Counted from the first letter of the stretch, positions 49,298 through 60,253 are shown. The stretch: DNA of 62,231 bases from Myxococcota bacterium (GCA_039208735.1 JBCCQY010000045.1:1-62231); one strand, 5' to 3'. Made by a program: numbers and translations. The notes: a model not told the origin generated them from the sequence alone.

Positions 49298-50758
49298 ATG
49301 GGTCTCTTGGAGCAGATGCGGTCGAGTTCGGACTCGACCGGCATGCAGGTGATCCTCATCGCCGTCATCCTGCTGTTTATCGGCGCTTACGCCGTACCGC
49401 AGGGCGACCGCAGCGCCATCGTCGCGCAGGTCAACGGCGTCCGGATCATGGACACCGAGTACAGCAGAGCCTTCCGGAACGCCGCGCGTCAGCGTGAGGC
49501 GCAGCTGCAGAAGACGCTCAACGATGCGGAGCGGGAGCAGCTGCAGGACGAGGTCAAGCAGCAGCTCATCGATCGCGAGTTGCTCGTCCAGGAAGCGGCA
49601 GATCTTGGCATCTACGTCTCGGACTACGAAGTGGGTCGAACCATCGCGGCGACCTTCCGTGAGGATGGCAAGTACAGCAAGAAGCTGTATGAGCGGTACT
49701 TGAAGATGAACCAGACGTCGTCGAGCGCCTTCGAAGAAGAGTTGCGCGAAGACCTGACCATCGGCAAGGTGCAGCAGCTGGCGACGCTCGGGGTGACCCT
49801 GTCGGACCGCGCGCTCAAGGACGAGTACGTCAAGAGCAACACCAAGGTCGACCTCGAATTGATCGAGATTCGGCCGGCCCGCATGCAGCGCGACATCGAA
49901 GTGTCGGACGCGGATGCCCAGGCGTGGCTCGAGGACAGTGACAACGCCTCGCTCGTCAAGCAGGCCTACGATGATGACTTCGAGCGTCTTTACTCGCGTC
50001 CCGAGCGCGTGCGCTACCGCATGATCCGGTTGGCAGTCGAAGAGGATGGACCCAAGAAGTCCGACCTTGTGTCGATCCTCAACGGAGTCCGTAAGGAAGC
50101 CGAGAGGGGCGCTGATTTCGCCGAGCTTGCGAAGAAGTGGTCCGAGGATCCATCGGCCACGGAAGGCGGTGACAAAGGCGTGCAGGCCATCAAGTTGCTC
50201 ACCCCGCAGGACGCCGTAAACCTCGACGGGCTTGAAATCGGGCAGCTCACCAAGGTCTTCCCGACCGAAAACGATGTGCGTTTGCTCAAGCTCGAAGAGC
50301 GTTTAGCGGCGGAAGAGGACCCGCTCGAAGAGGTCCAAGACGAGATCGCCAAGCGGCTCGTGCAAAAAGAGCGGGCAGACGATCGGGCCAACGAAGCGCG
50401 GCGGGGAATCGTTGAAAAGTGGTCGGAAGCGGGCGAGATCCCGCAGGACTTGCTCGATGAGTACGGACTGACCGCGCGAACCACAGGTCCTATGCCGACG
50501 TTTCGCAGCAGCCCGTTTGCACCGCCCCAGGCGATTCTCGATTGGTCGCGCACCGCCGAGGTCGGAGCCGTACGCTCGGACGCCTACGAAGAGAACGGTA
50601 CGTGGACGCTCGCCCAGCTTGAATCACGCGAAGAGCCCGACATGGAAGAGTTCGAGTCCAACAAGGAGCGAGAGCGCGAAAGCCTGTTGTTCCAACGTCG
50701 CCAAGCCTTCTTCGGCGATTGGATGAAAGGCTTGCGCGAAGGCGCTTCGATCAACTGA
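49298..50758 (+). CDS. PpiD/SurA-like peptidyl-prolyl isomerase chaperone
   Basis: N-terminal TM; AQVNG; LIDRELLVQEA; FAELAKKWSEDPSATEGGDKG. Confidence 0.85.
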   Translation: MGLLEQMRSSSDSTGMQVILIAVILLFIGAYAVPQGDRSAIVAQVNGVRIMDTEYSRAFRNAARQREAQLQKTLNDAEREQLQDEVKQQLIDRELLVQEAADLGIYVSDYEVGRTIAATFREDGKYSKKLYERYLKMNQTSSSAFEEELREDLTIGKVQQLATLGVTLSDRALKDEYVKSNTKVDLELIEIRPARMQRDIEVSDADAQAWLEDSDNASLVKQAYDDDFERLYSRPERVRYRMIRLAVEEDGPKKSDLVSILNGVRKEAERGADFAELAKKWSEDPSATEGGDKGVQAIKLLTPQDAVNLDGLEIGQLTKVFPTENDVRLLKLEERLAAEEDPLEEVQDEIAKRLVQKERADDRANEARRGIVEKWSEAGEIPQDLLDEYGLTARTTGPMPTFRSSPFAPPQAILDWSRTAEVGAVRSDAYEENGTWTLAQLESREEPDMEEFESNKERERESLLFQRRQAFFGDWMKGLREGASIN

Positions 50759-51938
50759 TGCCGGGTGCGATTTCGTCGAGGAGCGCCAAGATCTCCTCGC
50801 CGAAATCAACGACCTGCCACTTGCGAACCTCGGGGACCTTTTCGAGTTCTTCGAGGTTTAGCGGACGCAGACTCGCGATCCACTTCAGCGTGGAGTTTGA
50901 GGCCACCGTAAACGGCGTGAGGCCCGGCTCCCGGTCGACGAGATCGTTGCGCCACTGCTTGAGGCTCGCCATGACCCGCTCGGCCTGACGACCGCGTAGA
51001 CGGGTGCGTAAGGGCGTGCGGGGGCGGGTCTTCTTGCGTTTGCGCTTTTGGGGCACCACGAGGTCGGGATCGGCAATGCCCTTTCGAATGGCGTCGAGCA
51101 GCCCGCTGCCGTAGCGGCGGCGCATGGCTGATTTCCGACGGAACAAGTCGTCAAGTTCCTCACGGTCTTCCGGACGGTGCTCTGCCAATTCGACGAGGAC
51201 CGCATCGGGAATCACCTTGTAGACCGGTCGATCTTGCCTACGTGCCTGCTGATCGCGGAATTGGTAGAGTCGACGCAAGGCCCGCATCCCCACCTCATCG
51301 AGGTCGGTGGCTCCCTTGAGTTCGATCCAAGCTTCGGGATCGTGTCCTTTCGACTTCCAGCGTTTCTGCTGGAGGAGGCGGCACTCCTCGCGCAGGTGGC
51401 GCAATCGACCACGACGCTTCACCGTACGCAGCATGATCTCATGCAAGGCCAGCAGGTAGTGGGTATCGCCACGGGCGTATTCGACATGCTCCGGCATCAA
51501 GGGACGTAATCCCCAATTGTGTCGCTGGTACTGTTTGTCGATCGTGACGCCAAAATACCGTTCGATGAGGTCGGCGAGACCGATGCGCTCCATGCCGATG
51601 AGCTGGGCTGCGACAAGCGTGTCGAACAGACCACGAAATCGGAAATCGTAGTCGCGGTCCAAACAGACGATGTCGTAGTCTGCGCCGTGCAGCACCTTGA
51701 CGATGTTGCGGTCAGACAGGATGGGTCCAATCGAGCTGATGTCGCCGATGGCCAGCGGATCGATGATGTAGTCCGCGTTGAGGTCACTGACCTGGATGAG
51801 GCAGACTTTTTCTTGGTACGCGTACGACGAATCGCTTTCGGTATCGATCCCGATCACCGCCGATCGTTTCAACTCGGCCACGACGTCGCGCAATGTGGGC
51901 TCGTCTTCAACCATGACGAGAGGCGTGTCCTCGAACAA
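50751..51938 (-). CDS. rnd: Ribonuclease D (DEDDy exonuclease plus HRDC domains)
   Basis: IDTE, CLIQVS, HGADYD, FDT, YARGDTHYL; HRDC-like C-terminus. Confidence 0.9.
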   Translation of the reverse strand: MFEDTPLVMVEDEPTLRDVVAELKRSAVIGIDTESDSSYAYQEKVCLIQVSDLNADYIIDPLAIGDISSIGPILSDRNIVKVLHGADYDIVCLDRDYDFRFRGLFDTLVAAQLIGMERIGLADLIERYFGVTIDKQYQRHNWGLRPLMPEHVEYARGDTHYLLALHEIMLRTVKRRGRLRHLREECRLLQQKRWKSKGHDPEAWIELKGATDLDEVGMRALRRLYQFRDQQARRQDRPVYKVIPDAVLVELAEHRPEDREELDDLFRRKSAMRRRYGSGLLDAIRKGIADPDLVVPQKRKRKKTRPRTPLRTRLRGRQAERVMASLKQWRNDLVDREPGLTPFTVASNSTLKWIASLRPLNLEELEKVPEVRKWQVVDFGEEILALLDEIAPGIS

Positions 51939-52033
51939 TGCATTCCCTTGTGGTGAGGTTGTCGCCTGGTTGCGGTCAGCCTAACCGGGCACCGTAAACC
52001 TTTCGTCACCTCTCACGCGACGAGGACCCTGTC

Positions 52034-52420
52034 ATGAAATCAGTCGAAACGGAAGACGCCCCTGCTGCCATCGGCCCCTACAGCCAGGCGATCGTGACCG
52101 ACGACGGCTGGGTGTTTTGTTCGGGACAGATCCCGGTGGATCCTTCGACCAACACCCTGATCAGCGGCGACGTGACGGCGCAAACCCATCAGGTGTTTGC
52201 CAACCTGAAGGCCGTGCTCTTGGCGTCCGGCAGCGACCTTCAACACGTCGTAAAGTGCACCGTGTTTCTTGCGTCAATGGACGACTTTGGCGCCATGAAC
52301 GCGGTCTATGCCGAGCACTTTGGCGACCATCGACCCGCCCGAGCGGCGGTTGAAGTGTCTCGTCTGCCAAAGGACGTCGATGTCGAAATCGAGGCAATCG
52401 CCCGTCAGTCGAACAGGTAG
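52034..52420 (+). CDS. ridA: RidA/YjgF family enamine deaminase
   Basis: [35 protein letters not shown]. Confidence 0.93.
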   Translation: MKSVETEDAPAAIGPYSQAIVTDDGWVFCSGQIPVDPSTNTLISGDVTAQTHQVFANLKAVLLASGSDLQHVVKCTVFLASMDDFGAMNAVYAEHFGDHRPARAAVEVSRLPKDVDVEIEAIARQSNR

Positions 52421-53073
52421 CGCAAGCCCACGGTGCCGCTGACCGCATGGCTGAACGTCTTGCGGAAGCGGGCCTGGTACTGCGCGTCGGCGAAGAGCTG
52501 GGTCTGCCGCGAGAAGCGGTAGGTGATGCCTGGCCCCGCTTGCGCCATGAAGAACTCGGTGTGATCGAGCGTGAGCAGTGCGGTGCCTACGTGACCGACC
52601 GCCGCAAGCTGAAACCCATCAGGGTCGCCCACGAGTCCCCAGGACAGGCCGATCATGGCGAACCCGAGGCTGCGGATGTTCGTGCGGTAGGCGCCCACCA
52701 CGTTCTCGGCCCGAAGCGCTTCGACATTGCTCGCCGCGTTGGTGGCGACAACGTTGCCGTCGATCAGGTCGACAGGGTTCCGCTGGGGCAGGTCGGCGTT
52801 GTAGAAGAACCGGATGCTGCCGACGATCCGGTCGTCACGAGCGTCGCCCAGCAACACTTCGAACCCACCCCCCAACTGCGGGATGAGCTGCTGCGTCCGG
52901 AATTGCTCGTAGTCACTGAGGTTCTGGTAGGCCTGGTCGTTGAGCGTGCTGCGGCTCGAGTAGAAGTAGACCGGCTCGTTGTGCAGGCCTCCCGTAGCCA
53001 GGATGCCAACCCCTCCGGCAAGCGCCGGCGCCGGGCTAAGCATCAGGGCTGCGGCAGCGATGAAGCGACGCAT
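52405..53073 (-). CDS. Outer-membrane beta-barrel-like protein
   Basis: Signal peptide ending ALA; alternating beta-strand pattern; C-terminal GLRYLFD. Confidence 0.65.
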   Translation of the reverse strand: MRRFIAAAALMLSPAPALAGGVGILATGGLHNEPVYFYSSRSTLNDQAYQNLSDYEQFRTQQLIPQLGGGFEVLLGDARDDRIVGSIRFFYNADLPQRNPVDLIDGNVVATNAASNVEALRAENVVGAYRTNIRSLGFAMIGLSWGLVGDPDGFQLAAVGHVGTALLTLDHTEFFMAQAGPGITYRFSRQTQLFADAQYQARFRKTFSHAVSGTVGLRYLFD

Positions 53074-53242
53074 TGATGGACTCCAGATGGCTTCAGGATC
53101 GGTCTGAAGCGTCGCTCTTGATACCCCGACGACCGCCAGGACTCAAGCGCACCGAAACAGACAGGATGATCGAACGGGGATGTGGCCGCTCGACCAGGCC
53201 CGTTAACCCCGATGCGGCAACCGAGGTCTCGGGAGCCCAAAT

Positions 53243-53845
53243 TCAGGGGATCGTGGTGCCCGTGTCGCCCGTCGTTCCCGTCACCCCCGTCGTACCGGTG
53301 GGGGTCTTGGGCGTGGTCGGCGTTTTGGGAGTCGTTGGCGTCTTTGGGGCCTTGCCTTTGACCACGAACGGGACCGGCTCGCTCGTACCAATCTCGCCCA
53401 CTGCCCAAACGGTGGTTGGGCCCGGAGGGAGATCGGCGGGGACCACAATCTCGATGGAGAATGTGCAACGGGCGCAGAACCCGAGCGTAGACTTGTCGAC
53501 ATCCGCCCCGGGATCGGCGTCGGCGAAGCACTCCTGCGTGCGCTGGCCCGTCAGCTCCTGGCTGCCTGAACACGTCTCGTCGCAGACCTCGCAGTCGGCC
53601 TCGAGGCGGCAGGCCAGGCACTGCAGGCAGTCGTCGTTCCCTCCGTTCACCTCGACCACTTCCGCACGAGCGCCGTTGAAGAACACGGCGGTGTCTCGCA
53701 CGTTGCGGAAGGGTCCGCCCGACGCAAAAATCGTGTCGCCAGGCGCGGCCGACGTAGGTTCGACCGCGAAGTCAAGATCACAACGTTCGATCTCGACCGG
53801 CGTGGACGTTGCACAGCCCGAAAACAGGGCCCAGATCACGAGCAT
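53243..53845 (-). CDS. Cys-rich IPT/TIG-like lipoprotein with a Thr/Pro/Gly repeat tail
   Basis: FSGC lipobox; VEPTSAAPGD; CLQCLAC..CEVCDETC; repeated PKTPTT and GTTG. Confidence 0.65.
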   Translation of the reverse strand: MLVIWALFSGCATSTPVEIERCDLDFAVEPTSAAPGDTIFASGGPFRNVRDTAVFFNGARAEVVEVNGGNDDCLQCLACRLEADCEVCDETCSGSQELTGQRTQECFADADPGADVDKSTLGFCARCTFSIEIVVPADLPPGPTTVWAVGEIGTSEPVPFVVKGKAPKTPTTPKTPTTPKTPTGTTGVTGTTGDTGTTIP

Positions 53846-53897
53846 GCTCTCCCCTCGGCACCAGACATGTCACGAAGCGATGCGATGGATCGCGTCG

Positions 53898-56800
53898 TCA
53901 CAGCTGGGTGCCGACGTCTTGCATCGTGACATCGCCTTCGTCGAGGCCGGTGGCCTCTGGCGCCGTACCCTCGATGAACGGGTACATCACGCCACCCGAC
54001 GACAATCGGTTGCCCGTCGCTTCGTCGATGTTGGCCCAGCTAAGCCGACTCGAGCGGTTGAAGGGCCGGTCGTTCTTTCGCGGCGCGGCTTCCTTCATGT
54101 AGTCGATCCAGATCGGCAGGGCGGTGCCGCCACCCGTGAACGCCACGCCCATAGGACGGGGCTTGTCGAAGCCCACCCAGACGGCCGTGATCACGTCGTT
54201 GGTGAAGCCGACGAACCACGCATCCTTCTCTTCGTTCGTGGTGCCCGTTTTACCCGCGAGGCCTTCCAGCCCGAGTTCCTTGCGTGCGCGAACGCCCGTT
54301 CCGTACTGCACCACGCCCTGGAGGAGCCACGTGCCCACCGCCGCGACGCCCGGGTCGAGCACCTGTAGCGGGGCTTCGTGTTCCACCTCTTCGAGGAGCT
54401 GTCCGTCGCGGTCGAGCACCTGCTCGAGGTAGTAGGGCTCCACCAGCTTTCCGCCCGTCGGGAACACCGAGTAGGCGCGAACCATCTCTTCCATGGTGAG
54501 CGAGGCGGACCCCAGCGCCATCGAGTAATCGCAGGCGCGACACTTGTATTCGGTCTGCTTCGCCGACAGCCGGGCCCGATGCTTTTCGTCGGTCACGCCC
54601 TCGGGAAGCGGTGGCTCCCGGTCCATACAAATGGTGGTGCGCGAGGTTTCCGGGACCCAAGGACACAGCTTGTCGTTGCTCGGCGTGGCCTTCCAATCGT
54701 CGGGCAGCTTGTCGAGCGGAGGGCCGCCAATCCCTAGCTTGCGGCCAAACTTGTAGATCACGTCGTCGTTGAGCCCCGGGTCGGCGGCATCGAGCACCCG
54801 CACCGTACAGGTGTTCTTCGACTTCGCGAGCGCCTGGCGGAGCGTGAGGTTGCCCTCGTACTGGTGTCCGTAGTTCGAGGGCTTCCACAGCCAGTCCTGG
54901 GACGTCTCAAAGGTGATGGGCGCATCGGGGATGAGCGTCGCCGCCGTCACCCGCTTGGACTCGATGGCGGCGGTGTAGACAAGGGGCTTAAACGTTGAGC
55001 CGACCTGGCGACGAGCCTGGACGGCTCGGTTGAACTGGGTCTTCTCGAAGCTCGAGCCTCCGACCATCGCGCGAACTGCGCCGGTGGCGACGTCCATGGA
55101 CAGCAGAGCAGCCTCGACCTCGGGCTCCTGCCAGAGTCGAGCCGCCACGTAGGCCTTCTTTTCTCCCGGGGTGCCCTTGAACGCCTTGCGGACGAGCTTT
55201 TCGCGCGTCGACGTCGAGGCCACCTTGACGAGCACCACGTCACCCGCGCTTAGGATGGGCTCCCAGACCGCCTTCTTCTTCCCGTCGACTTCGCGGTCGA
55301 CCCGGACCTTCTGGGTCAGGTTGTTGGCCGAACGGCGGCGCCACGACTTTCGAGGATCCGGGTCGTAGACCCACTCGCTCCACGCCAGCGGAATGACCGC
55401 CTCGTGGGTGCCGATGGCCGCGATCGCGTACCTTTTCGACACCTTGGTGAGGACGGCTCGGTAGACCTTGTCAGCCTCAATCGTGGACTGTGCAGGGCGC
55501 TCGTCACGCTTCGCGGGATCGTGCTGGTTGACCCAGGCATCGATCATCTTTGATTCGAGTTCCTTGCGCTTTTCCTCGATGCCCTTGACGCCGACGTTCT
55601 CGACCTCTTCGCGACGGAAACCCATCTTCTGGTCGACGCCAAACACGCCATCGTAGACCGCTTGTTGGGCTTTGACCTGCAGGTTCATGTCGCAGGTCGT
55701 CTTCACGCGGAGGCCGTCGTTGAGCACCCGCTCTTCGCCGTACTTGTCGACCAGGTAGCGACGAACGTGCTCGGTAAAGTACGGGGCTTGCTCAAGAAAA
55801 GTGTTCGTCCGAGGATAAATCACGATCTGTTCGGCCAGCGCGCCTTCCCGTTCCTCACCCGTGATGAAGCCCTTTTGCTCCATCTGTTTGAGGACGTATT
55901 CCTGGCGCATCCGCGTCTTGTCCCAGTTCTTGTAGGGATTGTAGAGTGAAGGGGCGGGCGGAAGACCAGCGAGAATGGCCGCTTCGGCGATCGTTACGTC
56001 CTTGATGTGCTTCTTAAAGAAGGTGCGCGAAGCGGCTTCAACACCGTAGGACTGCGAACCAAGGAAGATCTCATTGAGGTAGAGATAGAGGATGTGATCT
56101 TTCGTGTAGGCGCTCTCGATACGCCAAGAAAGAATGATCTCCTTGATTTTGCGCACGATCGTTTTGTCGCGGGTCAGCAGGAAGTTTCGCGCCACCTGCT
56201 GGGTGATCGTGGATGCGCCCTGCGCCTTCTTGCCCTGCAAGACGTTTCGTCCGAGCGCCCGAACGATACCCATGAAGTCGACGCCACCGTGGTTGTAGAA
56301 ATTGGCGTCTTCGGCGGCGAGGAAGGCCTGTCGCACATGCTCAGGGATTTCTTCGGTGGGAACAACGTAGCGACGCTGCTCATAGATTTCGCCGAGCACA
56401 ACGTCGTTGATGTCGAGCAGGACCGTGACCGTTGCAGGCTGGTAGCTGCGTAGCTTATCGACGGTGGGCAGGTCCTTCGAGAAATACCAGTAGCCCCCCC
56501 CTGCGGCAATGCCCCCCAGCACGACGAGGAGAAAGGCGCCCGCAAGCCCGATGAGGCCGAACGAGCCTAGGCATCCGAGCGCACTCATCAGCCGGCGACG
56601 GTTGTCGGGTGCGCCGCCACTTCCGCCACTTCCGCTGCTTCCACCGCGCAACGTGCGACGGGGGGGCGGAGGGCTGGTGCGCTTGATGCGCGAGCTGGCT
56701 CGCAAGTCGCGTTCGGCACCCCGTCCCGATGCGCCACCCGGGCTCCGATTGGCGGGAGCACTTCGGGCCGGACGACCCGGTATGGAACCACCGGTCCGCC

Positions 56801-57044
56801 CCGTTCGGGGAGGAAGGGGCTGCGGCCCTCCGACCGCGGCTCGCGCGGCGGCTGGGGCCATCGCGGGGGAGTCGTCGGCGAAGCGCTTGCCACGGGCCCG
56901 CAGCTTGTCCATGACTCCGGCGGGGTAGCTCACTGCAACCGCTGCGCCACAGTTCGTGCAGCTGATGGTAGCGCCCGGCATCGGGAGGGGCTCCGTGAGC
57001 CCCAATTGCGTGTGACAGCTTGGACAGGTCAATTTCAGCGGCAT
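53898..57044 (-). CDS. mrcA: Class A penicillin-binding protein 1A with an N-terminal zinc ribbon
   Basis: EDANFYNH, GASTITQQ, RKIKE (glycosyltransferase); STFK, SKN, KTG (transpeptidase); N-terminal CPSC...CTNC. Confidence 0.92.
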   Translation of the reverse strand: MPLKLTCPSCHTQLGLTEPLPMPGATISCTNCGAAVAVSYPAGVMDKLRARGKRFADDSPAMAPAAARAAVGGPQPLPPRTGRTGGSIPGRPARSAPANRSPGGASGRGAERDLRASSRIKRTSPPPPRRTLRGGSSGSGGSGGAPDNRRRLMSALGCLGSFGLIGLAGAFLLVVLGGIAAGGGYWYFSKDLPTVDKLRSYQPATVTVLLDINDVVLGEIYEQRRYVVPTEEIPEHVRQAFLAAEDANFYNHGGVDFMGIVRALGRNVLQGKKAQGASTITQQVARNFLLTRDKTIVRKIKEIILSWRIESAYTKDHILYLYLNEIFLGSQSYGVEAASRTFFKKHIKDVTIAEAAILAGLPPAPSLYNPYKNWDKTRMRQEYVLKQMEQKGFITGEEREGALAEQIVIYPRTNTFLEQAPYFTEHVRRYLVDKYGEERVLNDGLRVKTTCDMNLQVKAQQAVYDGVFGVDQKMGFRREEVENVGVKGIEEKRKELESKMIDAWVNQHDPAKRDERPAQSTIEADKVYRAVLTKVSKRYAIAAIGTHEAVIPLAWSEWVYDPDPRKSWRRRSANNLTQKVRVDREVDGKKKAVWEPILSAGDVVLVKVASTSTREKLVRKAFKGTPGEKKAYVAARLWQEPEVEAALLSMDVATGAVRAMVGGSSFEKTQFNRAVQARRQVGSTFKPLVYTAAIESKRVTAATLIPDAPITFETSQDWLWKPSNYGHQYEGNLTLRQALAKSKNTCTVRVLDAADPGLNDDVIYKFGRKLGIGGPPLDKLPDDWKATPSNDKLCPWVPETSRTTICMDREPPLPEGVTDEKHRARLSAKQTEYKCRACDYSMALGSASLTMEEMVRAYSVFPTGGKLVEPYYLEQVLDRDGQLLEEVEHEAPLQVLDPGVAAVGTWLLQGVVQYGTGVRARKELGLEGLAGKTGTTNEEKDAWFVGFTNDVITAVWVGFDKPRPMGVAFTGGGTALPIWIDYMKEAAPRKNDRPFNRSSRLSWANIDEATGNRLSSGGVMYPFIEGTAPEATGLDEGDVTMQDVGTQL

Positions 57045-57361
57045 CGGCTCGACCCGGAGGATGGGGGGGGTTGGTAGGAGGCCAGTTTCCTGAACGGCCC
57101 GTGCTCGCGAGCGTCCATGCCGGTTGTTGGCAGGGGCCCGGCCGCCCGGGTGTGAGCCGTTGTAGCCCGTTCGGCACGGACAGGTCGTCAATGGGAACAA
57201 TTCATGGAGGGAGCCGGAACCTGCCTGCCGTCCCGAGATTGCACGTTCGGTAGCGATCTGTCGCTCCGGATCGAAGGCATCGCACGTTGTTGACTTGCTC
57301 GGGGACGAGTCCTACGGTGTTGAGTGGAGGTCCCTTCGGGCCATCTCCTCCAGGAGCCTTG

Positions 57362-60253
57362 ATGCGTCGTGTCTTTCGGCCGCTCGCTGTGTTCAGCATC
57401 GCCAGTGGGGTGAGCCTGGCAGTTGCCCTTCAGCTCATGGTTGGTGGGGCTCGAGGTCATGACGGCGGAGGCGGAGTCGGAGCCGCCTCGTTTTTCCCAG
57501 GGTACGAGCTCGCCCGGCTCGACCTCGTCGACCCGACGCTCTACCACGTCTCCGAAAGCTACGTTGATCCCAATCGTCTCGACTGGGATGCCATGTTCAC
57601 GGCGGCGCTCGATGCCATCGAGCACGACGTTCCCGTCTGCCTGTTTACGCGTGAGCCAGGTGGAAAGCTGCTTTCGGTCGAGATCGGAGAGTTTCGGACC
57701 GTCCTCGAAGTGGGCCCGATTCGCCGCCGCCAGGATTTGCAAGGGGAATTGCGCAAAGTTGCCCAGCTCCTTTCCGAGCACCTCGATCCCATCAACGTGC
57801 CGGGAAGCGATGGGTTGCCGCATCCGCTCGCCAAGGTCGAGTACACGCTGATCAACGGCATGTTGTCCACGCTCGATCCACATTCGGTACTGCTGCTGCC
57901 CGAAGACGCCCATGAGATGGATGTGGAGAATCAAGGCGAGTTTGGCGGCTTGGGCATCACGATTTCGATGGATCCGGATCGCAGCCATCTCGTGGTCGAT
58001 CGGCCCACCGTCGGCGGTCCGGCCGAGCGAGCCGGCCTCAAAGCCGATGATCGCATCGTGCGCATCGATGGCGAGTCCACCATCAACATGACCCTCGATG
58101 ATGCGGTGCGCAGGCTTCGTGGCCCCGTGGGGGCCGACGTTGTCATCGAAGTGGTGCGAACCGGCAAGACGGAGCCTACGCGCTACACGATCGAGCGCGA
58201 GTTGGTCAGCATCAATCCCGTCGAAGGGTCGTTGCTGCCCGATTCCGACATCGGAATCATCAAGATCGCCGGCTTCCACGAGAAGGTGAAGCCCACGATG
58301 GACGAGCACCTCGAAAGCCTACGGGCCCAGGTTGGCCCTGAAGGACTCGGGGGGCTCATCCTTGATCTGCGAGGAAATCCCGGAGGCTTCCTCAATCAGG
58401 CGGTCAAGGTCGCCGATACGTTCCTTTCATCGGGTGATATTGTCACCACAGTCAATGGGGATGGGCAGCAGACCGACATTGACCGGGCCGACCGCAATGC
58501 CCTGGAAGGGTTTCCCATCGTGGTGCTCGTCGATGCCAGCTCGGCGTCTGCATCGGAGATTGTGGCGGGAGCGCTCCGGTTTCAAGAACGCGCGGTCATC
58601 TTGGGCGAGCGAACCTTTGGAAAGGGGTCGGTACAGAACCTGCACCCCTTCTCGGACAACTCCAAGCTCAAGCTGACGATCTCGAAGTACCTGACGCCAG
58701 GTGACCGAAGCATTCAGGCGATTGGGATCCCGGCAGACATCGAACTGGTCGCCTCCGTGGTGCCACCGCGTCCTGAGCCAGGGGCGGACCCTGCGCCGAT
58801 TCGCCTGTTCCATCGCGAGCGGGTACGGCGTGAGGCCGATCTGGACCACTCGCTCGAGCAAGGCACCGACCGGCTCGACGACCCGGCGTTCCGACTGCGG
58901 TACCTCGCTTCGATCAAAGACGATCCCGCGGTCACCGAGGCCTATGCGAACGACTTTCAGGTGACCTTGGCCCGCGAGGTCATCGAAGCGTCGCGAGGGT
59001 GGCGGCGGGCGGATGTTCTAGCCACGGCCCACACCGTGATCGATCGGCGGCGTCAGGCCGCAGACGGCGCGTTGGTCGAGGCGTTCGCTGCACGCGGCAT
59101 CGATTGGACCAACGGTCCCGGCGCCGATCCCGCGGATGGGTTGCCCCTCGAAGTCAAGGTGGACGTGGGGCAGAACGACGTGTTGACGGCCGGCAAGGAG
59201 CAGCCGGTGCGCGTGACGGTGACCAATACTTCCCGCCGAACGCTCTACCGACTCGCCGCGGTCGTCGTCGAATCCGATGTCATCGAAGGGCACGAGTTCT
59301 TCTTTGGCAAGCTGCTGCCTGGACAAACCCGCTCCTTCGATCACCTCGTGCAAGTGCAGGCAGGCTGGCCCGCCGAGGAAGCCCCCTACACCATCGATTT
59401 TCGCGATGCGGGAGACCGAAGCATCGGTCACCTTCAGACCACGTTGGCGGTGGAGCAGCGGGCGTTGCCTCGATTTGCGTGGTCGTGGGAGGCACGGGAG
59501 GCGAAGGGCGATGACGATGGCATCGTTGAGGTCGGGGAGTTCGTCGCCATCGATCTCACGGTGACGAACGTGGGCGCTGGACCCACCGTCGATCCGTTCG
59601 CACGGCTTCGCAACAAGGCAGGAAGTACCATCGATCTTGTTGTGGGAACGTTGACTCCTGGGGTTCCGCGACTCGCGAACGGCAAGCCCTGTCCTGATCC
59701 CCAGTCCGAGGATTGCAACGTCGTCCTCAATCCAGGAGAGACCTACACCGGCAGTTTCGAGCTGGAGGTGCGCGGGCTCCCACCGAAAGACCGGCCCCTC
59801 GAACTCGAGTTGTCCCTTGGCGATGCGGAAGCGTACGACCATGGCTCGGTCGTTCGCGGGGGGTTCTACGACTGGTTCTCGCAAAAAGAAACGTTGGCCG
59901 TCGTCGTGGGTCGCGAACCGCCTCGTGCCGAGCTTCGCACCCCGCCCACGGTCGAGATTACCCGGGCGCCCGAGCTGCGGGTGGAGCGCGCGCAGGCCAC
60001 GCTGTCGGGCGTCGTGACGGATGAGGCCGGCGTCACCCACGTCATGGTGTTCCACGGCGACGACAAGGTGTTCTTCGAAGGCGGGGGCGAGCGCAACGGG
60101 CTGCGCAGCGTGCCTTTCACGGCCGACGTGTCCCTCGATCCAGGCATCAACGTGCTGACCGTGCTGGCCACGGACCGCGATGGGTTCGTGTCATCGGAGT
60201 CTGTGCTCACCTGGCTTGACGCCGAGACCGGGATGGCGCACTACGTCGAGTGA
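57362..60253 (+). CDS. MXAN_5808-type S41 carboxyl-terminal protease (PDZ) with Ig-like C-terminal domains
   Basis: LDPHS, GEFGGLGI, DLRGNPGG, SASASEIVAG, TFGKGSVQ. Confidence 0.9.
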   Translation: MRRVFRPLAVFSIASGVSLAVALQLMVGGARGHDGGGGVGAASFFPGYELARLDLVDPTLYHVSESYVDPNRLDWDAMFTAALDAIEHDVPVCLFTREPGGKLLSVEIGEFRTVLEVGPIRRRQDLQGELRKVAQLLSEHLDPINVPGSDGLPHPLAKVEYTLINGMLSTLDPHSVLLLPEDAHEMDVENQGEFGGLGITISMDPDRSHLVVDRPTVGGPAERAGLKADDRIVRIDGESTINMTLDDAVRRLRGPVGADVVIEVVRTGKTEPTRYTIERELVSINPVEGSLLPDSDIGIIKIAGFHEKVKPTMDEHLESLRAQVGPEGLGGLILDLRGNPGGFLNQAVKVADTFLSSGDIVTTVNGDGQQTDIDRADRNALEGFPIVVLVDASSASASEIVAGALRFQERAVILGERTFGKGSVQNLHPFSDNSKLKLTISKYLTPGDRSIQAIGIPADIELVASVVPPRPEPGADPAPIRLFHRERVRREADLDHSLEQGTDRLDDPAFRLRYLASIKDDPAVTEAYANDFQVTLAREVIEASRGWRRADVLATAHTVIDRRRQAADGALVEAFAARGIDWTNGPGADPADGLPLEVKVDVGQNDVLTAGKEQPVRVTVTNTSRRTLYRLAAVVVESDVIEGHEFFFGKLLPGQTRSFDHLVQVQAGWPAEEAPYTIDFRDAGDRSIGHLQTTLAVEQRALPRFAWSWEAREAKGDDDGIVEVGEFVAIDLTVTNVGAGPTVDPFARLRNKAGSTIDLVVGTLTPGVPRLANGKPCPDPQSEDCNVVLNPGETYTGSFELEVRGLPPKDRPLELELSLGDAEAYDHGSVVRGGFYDWFSQKETLAVVVGREPPRAELRTPPTVEITRAPELRVERAQATLSGVVTDEAGVTHVMVFHGDDKVFFEGGGERNGLRSVPFTADVSLDPGINVLTVLATDRDGFVSSESVLTWLDAETGMAHYVE

